DNA of 64,000 bases from Pelagibacterales bacterium SAG-MED39 (GTDB lineage Bacteria; Pseudomonadota; Alphaproteobacteria; Pelagibacterales; Pelagibacteraceae), in NCBI GenBank assembly GCA_014653625.1, contig JACWEI010000003.1, positions 30,243 to 94,242 of the forward strand, in the 5' to 3' direction. The position numbers and the translations under genes are program-made. Shown here one piece after another: positions 52,949-62,609 of the stretch. Positions within the stretch are counted from its first letter, which is position 1; the number at the start of each line of letters is the position of its first letter. The notes beneath the pieces were generated by a model that saw only the letters and a list, made by a program, of their open reading frames with translations, did not search any database and was not told the DNA's origin.

Positions 52949-53834
52949 ATGGTTTTTTTACTAAAGGTAATAATTGTGACAATAAAACACCACACAATAT
53001 AAAAAAACATCCTAATAAATTATTTAAATCTAAAATTTGATTTAGTAAAAACCATGCTGCAACTGTTGCAAAAACTCCCTCTAGAGAAAAAATTATAGCA
53101 GCTGGTGCAGGTGTGATATTTCTTTGTGCATAAATCTGTAATACAAAAGCCAAACCTCCTGATAAAATTCCAGCATATAAAATTGAATCTATTTCTTTTA
53201 AAATATTATCAAAAATAAATTCCTCATAAGTTGCTCCTATTATAAAAGAAAATAATGCAACTATTAATGTTTGAACTGCTCCTATTGTCAAGGGAAGATT
53301 GTATTTTATAATAATCATGCCAGTAAAAATAATATGTGTGCTCCAGAAAAAAGCACCTAATAGTACAAGGCTATCTCCTAATCTTACAGTAGCGTCATAA
53401 AAATTTGTTAACAGGTATCCCCCTATTAAACATAAAACTACTGACGGCCAAACACTCCAGTGAATTGATTTTTTTCTAAATAAAAAAATTATGATTGGTA
53501 CCATTGGAACATAAAAAATTGTAAAAAATGCTGCATTAGCTACATCAGTATAAATTAAAGCAACTTGCTGTAATGCAGAACCTAGAAAGAGTGATATTCC
53601 AATTAAAAAAGAGAGAATAGTAAAAGTTTTGATATCTGATCTAAATTCTGATTTAAATTTTTTGACTTCAAATAAAAATGCTATTGGAGTAATTGCTAAA
53701 AAACCTATAAAAAATCTGACTGCATTAAAAGTGAAAGGACCTATGTCATCCATTCCCGTATCTTGAGCTATAAATGTGGTTCCCCAAATAAAAGTACATA
53801 ATAAAGCACTTAATAATGAAGTGGTCTTAGACAT
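52929..53834 (-). CDS. DMT/EamA-family transporter
   Basis: IWGTTF, RF, two EamA-like halves, Q..AQ....PA.AAII.SLE.VFA. Confidence 0.88.
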   Translation of the reverse strand: MSKTTSLLSALLCTFIWGTTFIAQDTGMDDIGPFTFNAVRFFIGFLAITPIAFLFEVKKFKSEFRSDIKTFTILSFLIGISLFLGSALQQVALIYTDVANAAFFTIFYVPMVPIIIFLFRKKSIHWSVWPSVVLCLIGGYLLTNFYDATVRLGDSLVLLGAFFWSTHIIFTGMIIIKYNLPLTIGAVQTLIVALFSFIIGATYEEFIFDNILKEIDSILYAGILSGGLAFVLQIYAQRNITPAPAAIIFSLEGVFATVAAWFLLNQILDLNNLLGCFFILCGVLLSQLLPLVKKPFKDKLS

Positions 53835-53841
53835 ATTTTTG

Positions 53842-55101
53842 TTATACAGCTAATTTATAGGCGAAGTTTTTACCTAAATTTTCTTTTAAATCATTGTTAA
53901 AACGAGCAGCTTCTGCTCCATCAATTATTCTATGATCATAAGATAGAGAGATTGGAAGCATTGTTCGAGTAACAAATTCTCCATCAAAATAAACTTGCTT
54001 TTTTTCTGATTTTCCGACCCCCAAAATAGCAACTTCTGGATAATTTATGATAGGAGTAAAAAAGGAACCTCCAATTCCACCTAGACTAGTAATTGTCATT
54101 GAACCTCCATACAGCTCTTTTTTATCAATTTTAAGATTTCTACATTCCTCACTTAGTTTTTTAAGCTCTTTACTTATTAAAGAAATATTCTTGTTATCTG
54201 CATTTCTGAGTTTTGGAACCATTAAGCCATTAGGTGTATCAACTGCTATACCTATATGATAATACTTTTTTATTGTCATTTTTCCATCTTCTATTTCATC
54301 TATTGAAGAATTAAAAATTGGAAATTTTTTTAATGATGCAGTTAATGCTTTAATTATAAAAGCTAACGGTGTAATTTTTTTTTTTTCTCCAGAATATATG
54401 TCTGTAAGTGAAGTTCTAAATTCTTCCAGCTCAGTAATATCTGCTTCATCATGATTTGTTACATGAGGTATATTTGTCCAAGAATTAATTAAATATTTGG
54501 ATGAAAGCTTTTTTACACGTGGAATATCTCTTAATTCGATTTCACCAAATTCTGAATGCCTATATTTTTGTGTAATTTTTTTTTCTTTTTGATTTTTATT
54601 ATTTAAACTCTCATCCGATCTTGTAGACACAAATAATTTTATATCTTTTTCATTTACTCTTCCCTTTCTTTCACTTCCTGAAACTTCATTTATATCAACA
54701 CCTAATTCTCTAGCAAATTTTCTAACTTTTGGACTTGCGGATGTAATCTCTGTGACATTACTTTTGTTGATTAAAGGTTGCTGAATTTCTGATTTTATTG
54801 CCTGAATTTTTTTAAACTCTTTTTCAATGACTGCCTTATCTTGAGCCTTTTTCTGTGATTGTGATTTAGTTTCCAAAATTAATATTAAGTCACCTTCTGA
54901 AACTTTATCCCCTACATTTATTTTCAAAGATTTGATTTGGCCATCAAAATTTGATGGTATTTCTACACTAGATTTATCACTCTCTATTGTGATCAAAGGA
55001 TCATTTTTTTTTAATGTTTGACCTTCTGAAACCAGAACTTCTATTACTTCAACATCTTTAAAATCTCCAATATTGGGTACTTTTATTTCAGTTTCTGACA
55101 T
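53842..55101 (-). CDS. aceF: Pyruvate dehydrogenase E2 (one lipoyl domain)
   Basis: Lipoyl motif ESDKS, ASPKVRKFARELGVD subunit-binding domain, SYDHRIIDGA catalytic motif. Confidence 0.94.
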   Translation of the reverse strand: MSETEIKVPNIGDFKDVEVIEVLVSEGQTLKKNDPLITIESDKSSVEIPSNFDGQIKSLKINVGDKVSEGDLILILETKSQSQKKAQDKAVIEKEFKKIQAIKSEIQQPLINKSNVTEITSASPKVRKFARELGVDINEVSGSERKGRVNEKDIKLFVSTRSDESLNNKNQKEKKITQKYRHSEFGEIELRDIPRVKKLSSKYLINSWTNIPHVTNHDEADITELEEFRTSLTDIYSGEKKKITPLAFIIKALTASLKKFPIFNSSIDEIEDGKMTIKKYYHIGIAVDTPNGLMVPKLRNADNKNISLISKELKKLSEECRNLKIDKKELYGGSMTITSLGGIGGSFFTPIINYPEVAILGVGKSEKKQVYFDGEFVTRTMLPISLSYDHRIIDGAEAARFNNDLKENLGKNFAYKLAV

Positions 55102-58100
55102 TATAACTTGGTTGGCATCGGTTTATTTGTGTCAATTTTATATTTTTTTATAGCCTCTTTAGCGTATTTGGATCCTATTAGTTGCTCCTTTGCTAATACA
55201 CTTAATCCATAAGTAACAACATGTTCCTTATCAACTTCAAAAAATTTTCTCAAGTTTTTTCTAGTATCACTTCTACCGAATCCATCTGTACCTAAAGAAT
55301 AAAAACTTTTGTTCACATATGGTCTGATTTGATCAGAATTCATTCTCATATAATCTGATGCAGCCAAAATAGGTCCTTCTGTTTTACCTAGGCATTCTTC
55401 AACAAAGGATTTTTTTTGTTCCTTATCTGGATTTAAAAGATTATATCTTTCTATCTCTAGACCATTTCTTCTTAATTCATTAAAACTTGTTACACTCCAG
55501 ACTTCGCTATCTATTTGATATTCCTTTTGTAATATTTCAGCACCAGCTATCATTTCTCTTAGAATTGTACCAGAACCTAAAAATTGAATTTTTGTTTTTT
55601 TATATTTATTAAACTCTCTAATTTTATACATTCCTTTCAATATTCCTTCCTCGCATAATTTATCTTTTGGAATATCAGGGTGTGAATAATTTTCATTCAT
55701 GGTTGTAATATAATAAAAAACATTCTCTTTTTTTTCGTGCATTCGTCTTAATCCTTCTCTAAAAATAACTGCAAGTTCATAGTGGAAAGTCGGATCATAA
55801 GATACGCAGTTAGGTATTGTAGAAGCCAAAAGATGGCTATGGCCATCTTGATGTTGTAATCCTTCACCTGCTAATGTTGTTCTTCCTGCTGTAGCACCTA
55901 TTAAAAATCCTCTAGATTGACTGTCTGCTCCTGCCCAAGCAAAATCTCCTATTCTCTGAAAACCAAACATAGAATAAAAGAGATAAATAGGTATCATTTC
56001 TATATCATGATTAGTGTAAGAAGTTCCTGCTGCTATCCATGAGGACATAGCTCCAGCTTCATTAATTCCTTCTTCCAAAACTTGCCCACTTTTTTCTTCT
56101 CTATAAGAACTCAATTGTGCAGAGTCCTCTGGTTCATATTTTTGACCTTCATGAGCATATATACCAATCTTTTGAAAAAAACCTTCCATCCCGAATGTTC
56201 TAGCTTCATCAGGAATAATAGGAACCATCCTTGAGGCAACATTCTTATCTCTTAATAAACTTGTCAACATTCTCACCAATGCCATTGTTGTGGACATTTT
56301 TTTGGTACCTGTTGACTCTTTCATATTATCAAAAATATTTTTTGGAGGTGCTTTAATAGGTTTTGCATAAGTGGTTCGCTCTGGAATAAATCCTCCTAAC
56401 TTCAGTCTTTTTTCTTTAATATATTTTATTTCTGGTGAGTTTTGATCTGGCTTATAATATTCTATATTTTTTACTTGCTGATCAGTTAATGGGACATCAA
56501 ACCTATCCCTGTAATACATTAAATCGTCTACATCAAGCTTCTTTGTTTGGTGTGTTGTGTTTACACTTTCTCCACTTTTTCCCATTCCATAACCTTTTAT
56601 GGTTTTGGCGATTATAACTGTTGGACTTCCAGTATTTTTTGAGGCTTTGTCATATGCGGCATAAACTTTATGGGGATCATGCCCACCTCTATTTAGTCTC
56701 CAAATATCTTTATCAGATAGACTTGATACCAATTCTTTTGTCTCTGGATATTTACCAAAAAATTTATCTCTTACATAAGCTCCATCTCTCGCTTTCATTG
56801 CTTGATATTCACCATCGACTGTTTCATTCATGGCTTTAACAAGATAACCAGTTTTATCATTGGCTAATAATGAGTCCCAATAAGACCCCCAAATTACTTT
56901 AATCACATTCCATCCAGTACCTCTAAAAATCCCCTCTAATTCCTGAATAATTTTTCCATTACCTCGAACTGGTCCATCTAATCTTTGCAAATTACAGTTA
57001 ACTACAAAAATTAAATTATCTAATTTCTCCCTTGCAGCCAAACCTATAGCTCCCAGGGACTCTGGTTCATCCATTTCCCCGTCTCCTAAAAAAGCCCAAA
57101 CTTTTCTACCTTCATCTTTTATCAAGCCTCTATTAATTAAATATTTCATATATCTTGCTTGATATATAGCTAACATTGGTCCCAATCCCATTGATACAGT
57201 CGGGAATTGCCAAAAGTTTGGCATTAACCATGGGTGCGGGTAAGATGACAAGCCACCTGGTTTAACTTCCTGCCTAAAACTATCTAATTGTTTTTCGTTT
57301 AATCTTCCCTCTAAAAATGCTCTTGCATACATACCTGGTGCACTATGACCTTGAAAATATACTAAATCTCCACCAAACTTATTATTCTTAGCTCTCCAAA
57401 AATGATTCATTCCTACATCATATAAAGTTGCTGCTGATGCAAATGTTCCTATATGGCCTCCAAGTTCTGGAAACTTTTTATTTGCTCTTACAACCATTGC
57501 TGCAGCATTCCATCTAATTAATGATCTTATTCTCCTCTCTATATTTTGATCACCACTTGATTTTTTTTCCTCATTAACTGGGATAGTATTTATATAAGGA
57601 GTATTTTGAGTATATGGAATATTAGCACCTTCCATATAAGCTTTATTGATTAATTCTTTTATTAAATAATGAGCTCTATGATTGCCATCTTTCTCTATTA
57701 CTGCTGAAAGAGACTCAAGCCATTCATTGGTCTCTATAGGGTCTAAATCACCATCATTTATAACTTGAATTATTTTTGGTTTTTCTTCTTTATTAGTTTG
57801 ATTTTTTTGCTTTTGGGTTTTTTTTAATGCATTTTCGGCTTCCTGTATCAAATTTTCAGTATCTTTTGGAATAATTTTAGATTCAGAAGATAATTGATTA
57901 GAGTTAAATATATTAAGAATTAGATCTCCCTTTGACACTTTGTCTCCAACTTTAACTTTAATAGAGTCTATTTTACCTGAAACAGTTGATGGTATTTCAA
58001 CACTAGATTTATCACTCTCAATAGTCACTACAGGATCATTTTTTTTAATTTCTTGTCCTTCTTTTACTAGAAGCTCAATCACCTCCACATTTTCAAAATC

Positions 58101-58133
58101 TCCTATGTCAGGAACTAATAATTTTTCTGTCAT
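55101..58133 (-). CDS. aceE: Homodimeric pyruvate dehydrogenase E1 with N-terminal lipoyl domain
   Basis: N-terminal ESDKS lipoyl domain, then D.DP.ET.EW, GGHI, YFQGH, GDGEMDEPE TPP motif, GEGLQHQDG. Confidence 0.95.
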   Translation of the reverse strand: MTEKLLVPDIGDFENVEVIELLVKEGQEIKKNDPVVTIESDKSSVEIPSTVSGKIDSIKVKVGDKVSKGDLILNIFNSNQLSSESKIIPKDTENLIQEAENALKKTQKQKNQTNKEEKPKIIQVINDGDLDPIETNEWLESLSAVIEKDGNHRAHYLIKELINKAYMEGANIPYTQNTPYINTIPVNEEKKSSGDQNIERRIRSLIRWNAAAMVVRANKKFPELGGHIGTFASAATLYDVGMNHFWRAKNNKFGGDLVYFQGHSAPGMYARAFLEGRLNEKQLDSFRQEVKPGGLSSYPHPWLMPNFWQFPTVSMGLGPMLAIYQARYMKYLINRGLIKDEGRKVWAFLGDGEMDEPESLGAIGLAAREKLDNLIFVVNCNLQRLDGPVRGNGKIIQELEGIFRGTGWNVIKVIWGSYWDSLLANDKTGYLVKAMNETVDGEYQAMKARDGAYVRDKFFGKYPETKELVSSLSDKDIWRLNRGGHDPHKVYAAYDKASKNTGSPTVIIAKTIKGYGMGKSGESVNTTHQTKKLDVDDLMYYRDRFDVPLTDQQVKNIEYYKPDQNSPEIKYIKEKRLKLGGFIPERTTYAKPIKAPPKNIFDNMKESTGTKKMSTTMALVRMLTSLLRDKNVASRMVPIIPDEARTFGMEGFFQKIGIYAHEGQKYEPEDSAQLSSYREEKSGQVLEEGINEAGAMSSWIAAGTSYTNHDIEMIPIYLFYSMFGFQRIGDFAWAGADSQSRGFLIGATAGRTTLAGEGLQHQDGHSHLLASTIPNCVSYDPTFHYELAVIFREGLRRMHEKKENVFYYITTMNENYSHPDIPKDKLCEEGILKGMYKIREFNKYKKTKIQFLGSGTILREMIAGAEILQKEYQIDSEVWSVTSFNELRRNGLEIERYNLLNPDKEQKKSFVEECLGKTEGPILAASDYMRMNSDQIRPYVNKSFYSLGTDGFGRSDTRKNLRKFFEVDKEHVVTYGLSVLAKEQLIGSKYAKEAIKKYKIDTNKPMPTKL

Positions 58134-58178
58134 TTATTTTTTAAGTTGTATACACCATAAAAATTCACTTATTTTCAA

Positions 58179-58187
58179 ATTATAACA
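58179..58187 (-). promoter_or_regulatory. Candidate extended -10 promoter for aceE-aceF
   Basis: TGTTATAAT (TGn-TATAAT), 45 nt upstream of the aceE ATG. Confidence 0.4.
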
Positions 58188-58232
58188 CATTCTGCTCAAT
58201 TTTTTGACACTCTTTAAGAACACACTATAAAA

Positions 58233-58349
58233 ATGATTAAAAAGTTATTAAATGCGCTAATTCAACCGAAAGTTAGCCCCAATATAGATGCTAAAATTTG
58301 GATACAAAAAATTTTATTAAAAGAGAAGTATAGAAAAATAAATTTCTAA
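58233..58349 (+). CDS. Putative small protein MIKKLLNALIQPKVSPNIDAKIWIQKILLKEKYRKINF (38 aa)
   Basis: Not in the ORF track. Occupies an unusually large gap; its TAA overlaps the convergent thiolase TAG. Confidence 0.5.
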   Translation: MIKKLLNALIQPKVSPNIDAKIWIQKILLKEKYRKINF

Positions 58350-59521
58350 ATTCTCTCAACACATAAGGCTATGCCCATTCCGCCGCCAATACAAAGTGTT
58401 GCACAACCCTTTTTTTTATTTTGTCTTTTCATCTCATGTATCAAGGTTACTAATATTCGAGCTCCTGAAGCTCCAATAGGATGACCAAGAGCTATTGCAC
58501 CGCCATTTACATTAACTTTATTTGGATCAATGTGTAACTCACGAATTACTACAATGCTTTGAGCAGCAAAGGCTTCATTTATTTCAAATAAATCTATTTC
58601 ACCAATATGCCATTTTGCCTTTTTAATTGCCTCACGAACAGCATCTATAGGTCCTAAGCCCATTAAAGCTGGATCAACTCCAGTAGAAGCCCATGATACT
58701 ATTTTTACTAATGGTTCAATTGATTTTTTTTTTGCTTCTTCTAATGTTGTTAATAATAGAGCTGCAGCACCATCATTTATTCCTGATGAGTTACCTGGCG
58801 TAACAGTTCCATTTTTCTTAAAAACAGTTTTTAATTTTTCTAGATCTGATTTTTTTATATCTTTTCTAGGATGTTCATCATGATCAAGTACATTGCCGTT
58901 TTGATTAATCTTTATTAGTTCTTCCTTAAATTTATTTTTAATAATTGCTGCTTGTGTTTTTTTTTGAGACGCTAAAGCAAATTTATCTTGTTCTTCTCTC
59001 GTTATATTAAATTTTTTTGCAACATTTTCTGCTGTTACACCCATATGATAATTATTAAACGCATCAATTAATCCATCATTCATCATTGTATCTATCAATT
59101 TGTTTTCTAAAATCTTTTTTTCATTTCGGTAAAAAATAGAATGTGGAGCAATAGACATATTCTCTTGACCTCCAGAAATTACATTTAATGAGTCGCCTAA
59201 TTTGATAGATTGATAACCTGATATCACTGCTCTTAGTCCAGATCCACACACTTGATTAACTATATGTGCAGGTTTTGAAATAGGTATACCAGAATTAATT
59301 GCAGCTTGTCTTGCAGGGTTTTGTCCAGCACCTGCAGTTAATACTTGACCCATAATTATTTCATCAATTTCATCTTCACTAAATTTAGATTTTTTTAAAA
59401 CTTCCTTTATAACTATAGATCCAAGTTGATCAGATCTCACATTTTTTAATGAACCTTTGTAAGTGCCTATTGGCGTTCTAATTCCACTAATAATGACAAC
59501 TTCTTTTGATTTATTACTCAT
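58346..59521 (-). CDS. Acetyl-CoA C-acetyltransferase (thiolase)
   Basis: NQVCGSG, INDGAA, EINEAFA, GHPIGASG, LCIGGG.G. Confidence 0.95.
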   Translation of the reverse strand: MSNKSKEVVIISGIRTPIGTYKGSLKNVRSDQLGSIVIKEVLKKSKFSEDEIDEIIMGQVLTAGAGQNPARQAAINSGIPISKPAHIVNQVCGSGLRAVISGYQSIKLGDSLNVISGGQENMSIAPHSIFYRNEKKILENKLIDTMMNDGLIDAFNNYHMGVTAENVAKKFNITREEQDKFALASQKKTQAAIIKNKFKEELIKINQNGNVLDHDEHPRKDIKKSDLEKLKTVFKKNGTVTPGNSSGINDGAAALLLTTLEEAKKKSIEPLVKIVSWASTGVDPALMGLGPIDAVREAIKKAKWHIGEIDLFEINEAFAAQSIVVIRELHIDPNKVNVNGGAIALGHPIGASGARILVTLIHEMKRQNKKKGCATLCIGGGMGIALCVERI

Positions 59522-59592
59522 AAAATTTTAAATTTGTCTTATCATTAAAATATACTAAAAATTAATATACTATAATTAAATAAAATTAAAAT

Positions 59593-59669
59593 GCGCCTGT
59601 AGCTCAACTGGATAGAGCGCTTGGCTACGGACCATGAGGTTCTGGGTTCGACTCCTAGCAGGCGCACCA
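59593..59669 (+). tRNA. tRNA-Arg(ACG)
   Basis: GCGCCTGTAGCTCAACTGGATAGAGCGCTTGGCTACGGACCATGAGGTTCTGGGTTCGACTCCTAGCAGGCGCACCA; anticodon ACG. Confidence 0.94.
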
Positions 59670-59688
59670 TAAAAAGGACTAAAAAAAG

Positions 59689-59787
59689 ATGATTAAATGG
59701 TTACTTAAATCTTCATTACAAATGTCAGTAATTTATTTTTTTGTAATTATTTTTATAATTCTGTTAATTTTAACTTTTGTATTATAA
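59689..59787 (+). CDS. Putative small membrane peptide MIKWLLKSSLQMSVIYFFVIIFIILLILTFVL (32 aa)
   Basis: Not in the ORF track. AAGGA about 10 nt upstream; one hydrophobic helix; ends 6 nt before the PaaI gene. Confidence 0.45.
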   Translation: MIKWLLKSSLQMSVIYFFVIIFIILLILTFVL

Positions 59788-59793
59788 AAAATT

Positions 59794-60219
59794 ATGTCTA
59801 AAGAATTTCAACAAATTAGCTTAAAGCCAGGTTTTATGAAACATAACGGTGGGATTATGTTTAAAAATATTTCTGATTCTGAATATGAATTTAAATCAAC
59901 TATAAATGAAAATCACTTAAATGCTGCTGGCATAACTCATGGAGGATATTTATCAGCCTTAGTTGATGCTGGTGCAGGAACTGCGGCGCATCGATCAGCA
60001 GATAATGCTCCTTGTGTAACTATCTCCTTAGACCTTAAGTTTATTGGAGCATCAAAATTAGGTGACGAAATAATTGGCCATGTAAAAATTCTAAAAAAAA
60101 CAAAAACATTAGTATTTTTATTCTGTGAGTTAAAATGTGATAGTAAAATTATTACTTCAGCTTCAGGTGTTTGGAAAATTTTAAAAATAAAACCTTCAAA
60201 TTTAGGTCCTGGAGGTTAA
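59794..60219 (+). CDS. PaaI-family (hotdog) thioesterase
   Basis: HLNAAGITHGGYLSALVD motif. Confidence 0.9.
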   Translation: MSKEFQQISLKPGFMKHNGGIMFKNISDSEYEFKSTINENHLNAAGITHGGYLSALVDAGAGTAAHRSADNAPCVTISLDLKFIGASKLGDEIIGHVKILKKTKTLVFLFCELKCDSKIITSASGVWKILKIKPSNLGPGG

Positions 60220-62538
60220 ACTTTTTCTTCTTGAATTTGAATAACCAAAAATAAATAACAAAAGTATTGATAATGGATAAATGATTGTTTTAGAGGGTCT
60301 ATTAGCATTTTCTATTTTAAACTCACTTATATAGTCTCCTACTTCAAATCCACTTTTTTTTGCTTGTCCATTCCATTTAAGTGTATCAACAATATATTTT
60401 TCACTTTTCTTGATAACATTAATACCATACTCTTCAATATTGTAATCTTTCTCAAAAGTATTTTTATTGATAACAAATAATTTATATCTTTCACCATATT
60501 CTGTTGTTCTTGTTACTTTAAATCGGACTTCTTTTTTTGGATCTAATCTTAACTTATTAATTTTACCAATATCAATATAATCATACTTAGGGTAAAATTT
60601 ATTCAACACAAATTCTGGCGAAAGCAATGAAATAGATATAAATAGAAAAACGATTATTTCATACCATCTGAGTTTATTTACAAACCACCCCTGTGTTGCA
60701 GAAGTGAATACCAAAATACCAGCCAGCGACGTAATAATCACTGTTAATGCATGCCAAATATTTTCTATTCCTATCAATAATAATTCGTGATTAAAAAGAA
60801 AAACTATTGGTAAAATACCAGTTCTTAAACTATACCAAAACGCTTGGACTCCTGTTTTTAATGGATTTCCACCAGATATTGCAGCAGCAGCATAGGATGC
60901 TAGCCCTACTGGTGGTGTTACATCAGCCATTAAACCAAAATAAAAAACAAATAAATGTACAGCAATTAACGGAAAAATAAATCCTGAGGCATTTCCAACA
61001 TCTACTAAAACAGTTGCCATTAAAGATGCAACCACGACGTAATTTGCTGTAGTTGGTAAACCCATACCTAGTAAAAGACATAAAATAATTGTTAAGATTA
61101 ATAAGATTACAACATTATCTTTTGCTATTGACTCAATTACAATTATTAAATTTGTGCTTAAACCAGTTGATCCAACTGCTCCAACAATAATACCGGCAGT
61201 TGCTATTGCAATTCCTACACCAACCATATTTAAAGCACCTTTTTCGAATCCAACAATTGTTTGATTAAACCAAAGTTTTAAACCATCTTTAAAATCATTT
61301 TCTTTAATTACTTTATTGATTAAGTTTACAATCATTAAAGAAATAGTTGCATAAAAAATTGAGTATGACGCTGTAAACCGAAGATAAACTAGCATGTAAA
61401 TTAAAACAAAAATTGGGATTAAAAAATGTAAACCTGATAAGAAAGTTTTTTTTAAATTTGGTACATCAGAATCTTCCATGCCTTTTAAATTTAGCTTTAG
61501 AGCTTCTAAATGTGATATGTAAAATAGTGCTATATAAGAAATTATAGCTGGCAAAAATGCGTGCTTAACTACCTCAAAATAAGTAACCCCGATAAAGCTG
61601 GCCATTACAAATGCTGCTGCCCCCATAACAGGAGGCATTATTTGACCATTCACTGATGATGATACCTCGATTGCTCCCGCTTTTTCTTGAGAAAAACCAG
61701 TTTTTTTCATTATAGGGATTGTGAAAGTTCCTGTCGTAACAGTATTAGCAATTGAAGAGCCCGAAATTAATCCAGTCATTCCTGAACCAAGGATAGCTGC
61801 CTTAGCCGGACCGCCCCTCATTTTTCCAACCATTGAAAAAGCTAGATCTAAAAAATATTTACCTCCTCCAGCAGTTTCTAAAAGTGCTCCAAATAACACA
61901 AATAAAAAAATAAAATCAACTGATACCCCAATTGGTATTCCAAATATTGCTTCTTGATCTAGCCATTGAAATCCAACGAGTCTATTTAATGACAATCCAC
62001 CATGAGAAATAATTTCTGGTGCATATCTTCCAAAATATGAAAATAACAAAAAACAAATTGCTATTATTACTAAAGGTAAACCAATAGCTCTTCTTGTCGC
62101 CTCTAAAAGAATTAGAATTCCGCAACTTCCAATAATTAATTCGATTGGTAGATTTAGGTTTTCACCAATGTTTATACTTAATAATACTCCACCTCTATCA
62201 ACAAGTTGATCATAAAAAAAATATATATACAGACAAGAAAATGTACCCAAAAAACTAATTATTATATCTATAACTGAAATTTTTTTTCTTTTTGAAATTG
62301 GATAAATTAAAAAAGCTAAACATAAAGCAAATCCTAAATGAATAGCTCTCGCAGGTAATCCTTTAAACATTCCAAAATTAAATAAAAAAGGGAATGGAGA
62401 AGCGTACCAAAGTTGAAATAGAGACCATATAATTGCAATAGTTGCAACTACTTTTAGATGAAATCCAGTTAAATTTCGAGTTGGAGATAAATCCTCATTT
62501 ATTTTACTTTTAATTTTTTCAGTAAAAGATTTATTCAT
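60202..62538 (-). CDS. TRAP transporter fused 4TM/12TM permease
   Basis: GGPAKAA, SGSSIAN, GQIMPPVMGAAAF, GMGLPTTANY, TPPVGLA. Confidence 0.93.
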   Translation of the reverse strand: MNKSFTEKIKSKINEDLSPTRNLTGFHLKVVATIAIIWSLFQLWYASPFPFLFNFGMFKGLPARAIHLGFALCLAFLIYPISKRKKISVIDIIISFLGTFSCLYIYFFYDQLVDRGGVLLSINIGENLNLPIELIIGSCGILILLEATRRAIGLPLVIIAICFLLFSYFGRYAPEIISHGGLSLNRLVGFQWLDQEAIFGIPIGVSVDFIFLFVLFGALLETAGGGKYFLDLAFSMVGKMRGGPAKAAILGSGMTGLISGSSIANTVTTGTFTIPIMKKTGFSQEKAGAIEVSSSVNGQIMPPVMGAAAFVMASFIGVTYFEVVKHAFLPAIISYIALFYISHLEALKLNLKGMEDSDVPNLKKTFLSGLHFLIPIFVLIYMLVYLRFTASYSIFYATISLMIVNLINKVIKENDFKDGLKLWFNQTIVGFEKGALNMVGVGIAIATAGIIVGAVGSTGLSTNLIIVIESIAKDNVVILLILTIILCLLLGMGLPTTANYVVVASLMATVLVDVGNASGFIFPLIAVHLFVFYFGLMADVTPPVGLASYAAAAISGGNPLKTGVQAFWYSLRTGILPIVFLFNHELLLIGIENIWHALTVIITSLAGILVFTSATQGWFVNKLRWYEIIVFLFISISLLSPEFVLNKFYPKYDYIDIGKINKLRLDPKKEVRFKVTRTTEYGERYKLFVINKNTFEKDYNIEEYGINVIKKSEKYIVDTLKWNGQAKKSGFEVGDYISEFKIENANRPSKTIIYPLSILLLFIFGYSNSRRKSLTSRT

Positions 62539-62555
62539 TGATTTGATCTTATCAT

Positions 62556-62589
62556 AAAAAAAAGGCCCGGTAAAAGTACCAGGCCTTTT
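62556..62589 (-). terminator. Intrinsic terminator/stabilising hairpin between the TAXI gene and the permease
   Basis: Minus strand GGCCTGGTA-CTTT-TACCGGGCC followed by T8. Confidence 0.85.
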
Positions 62590-62609
62590 AATTTAATTTT
62601 AGATTTTGA

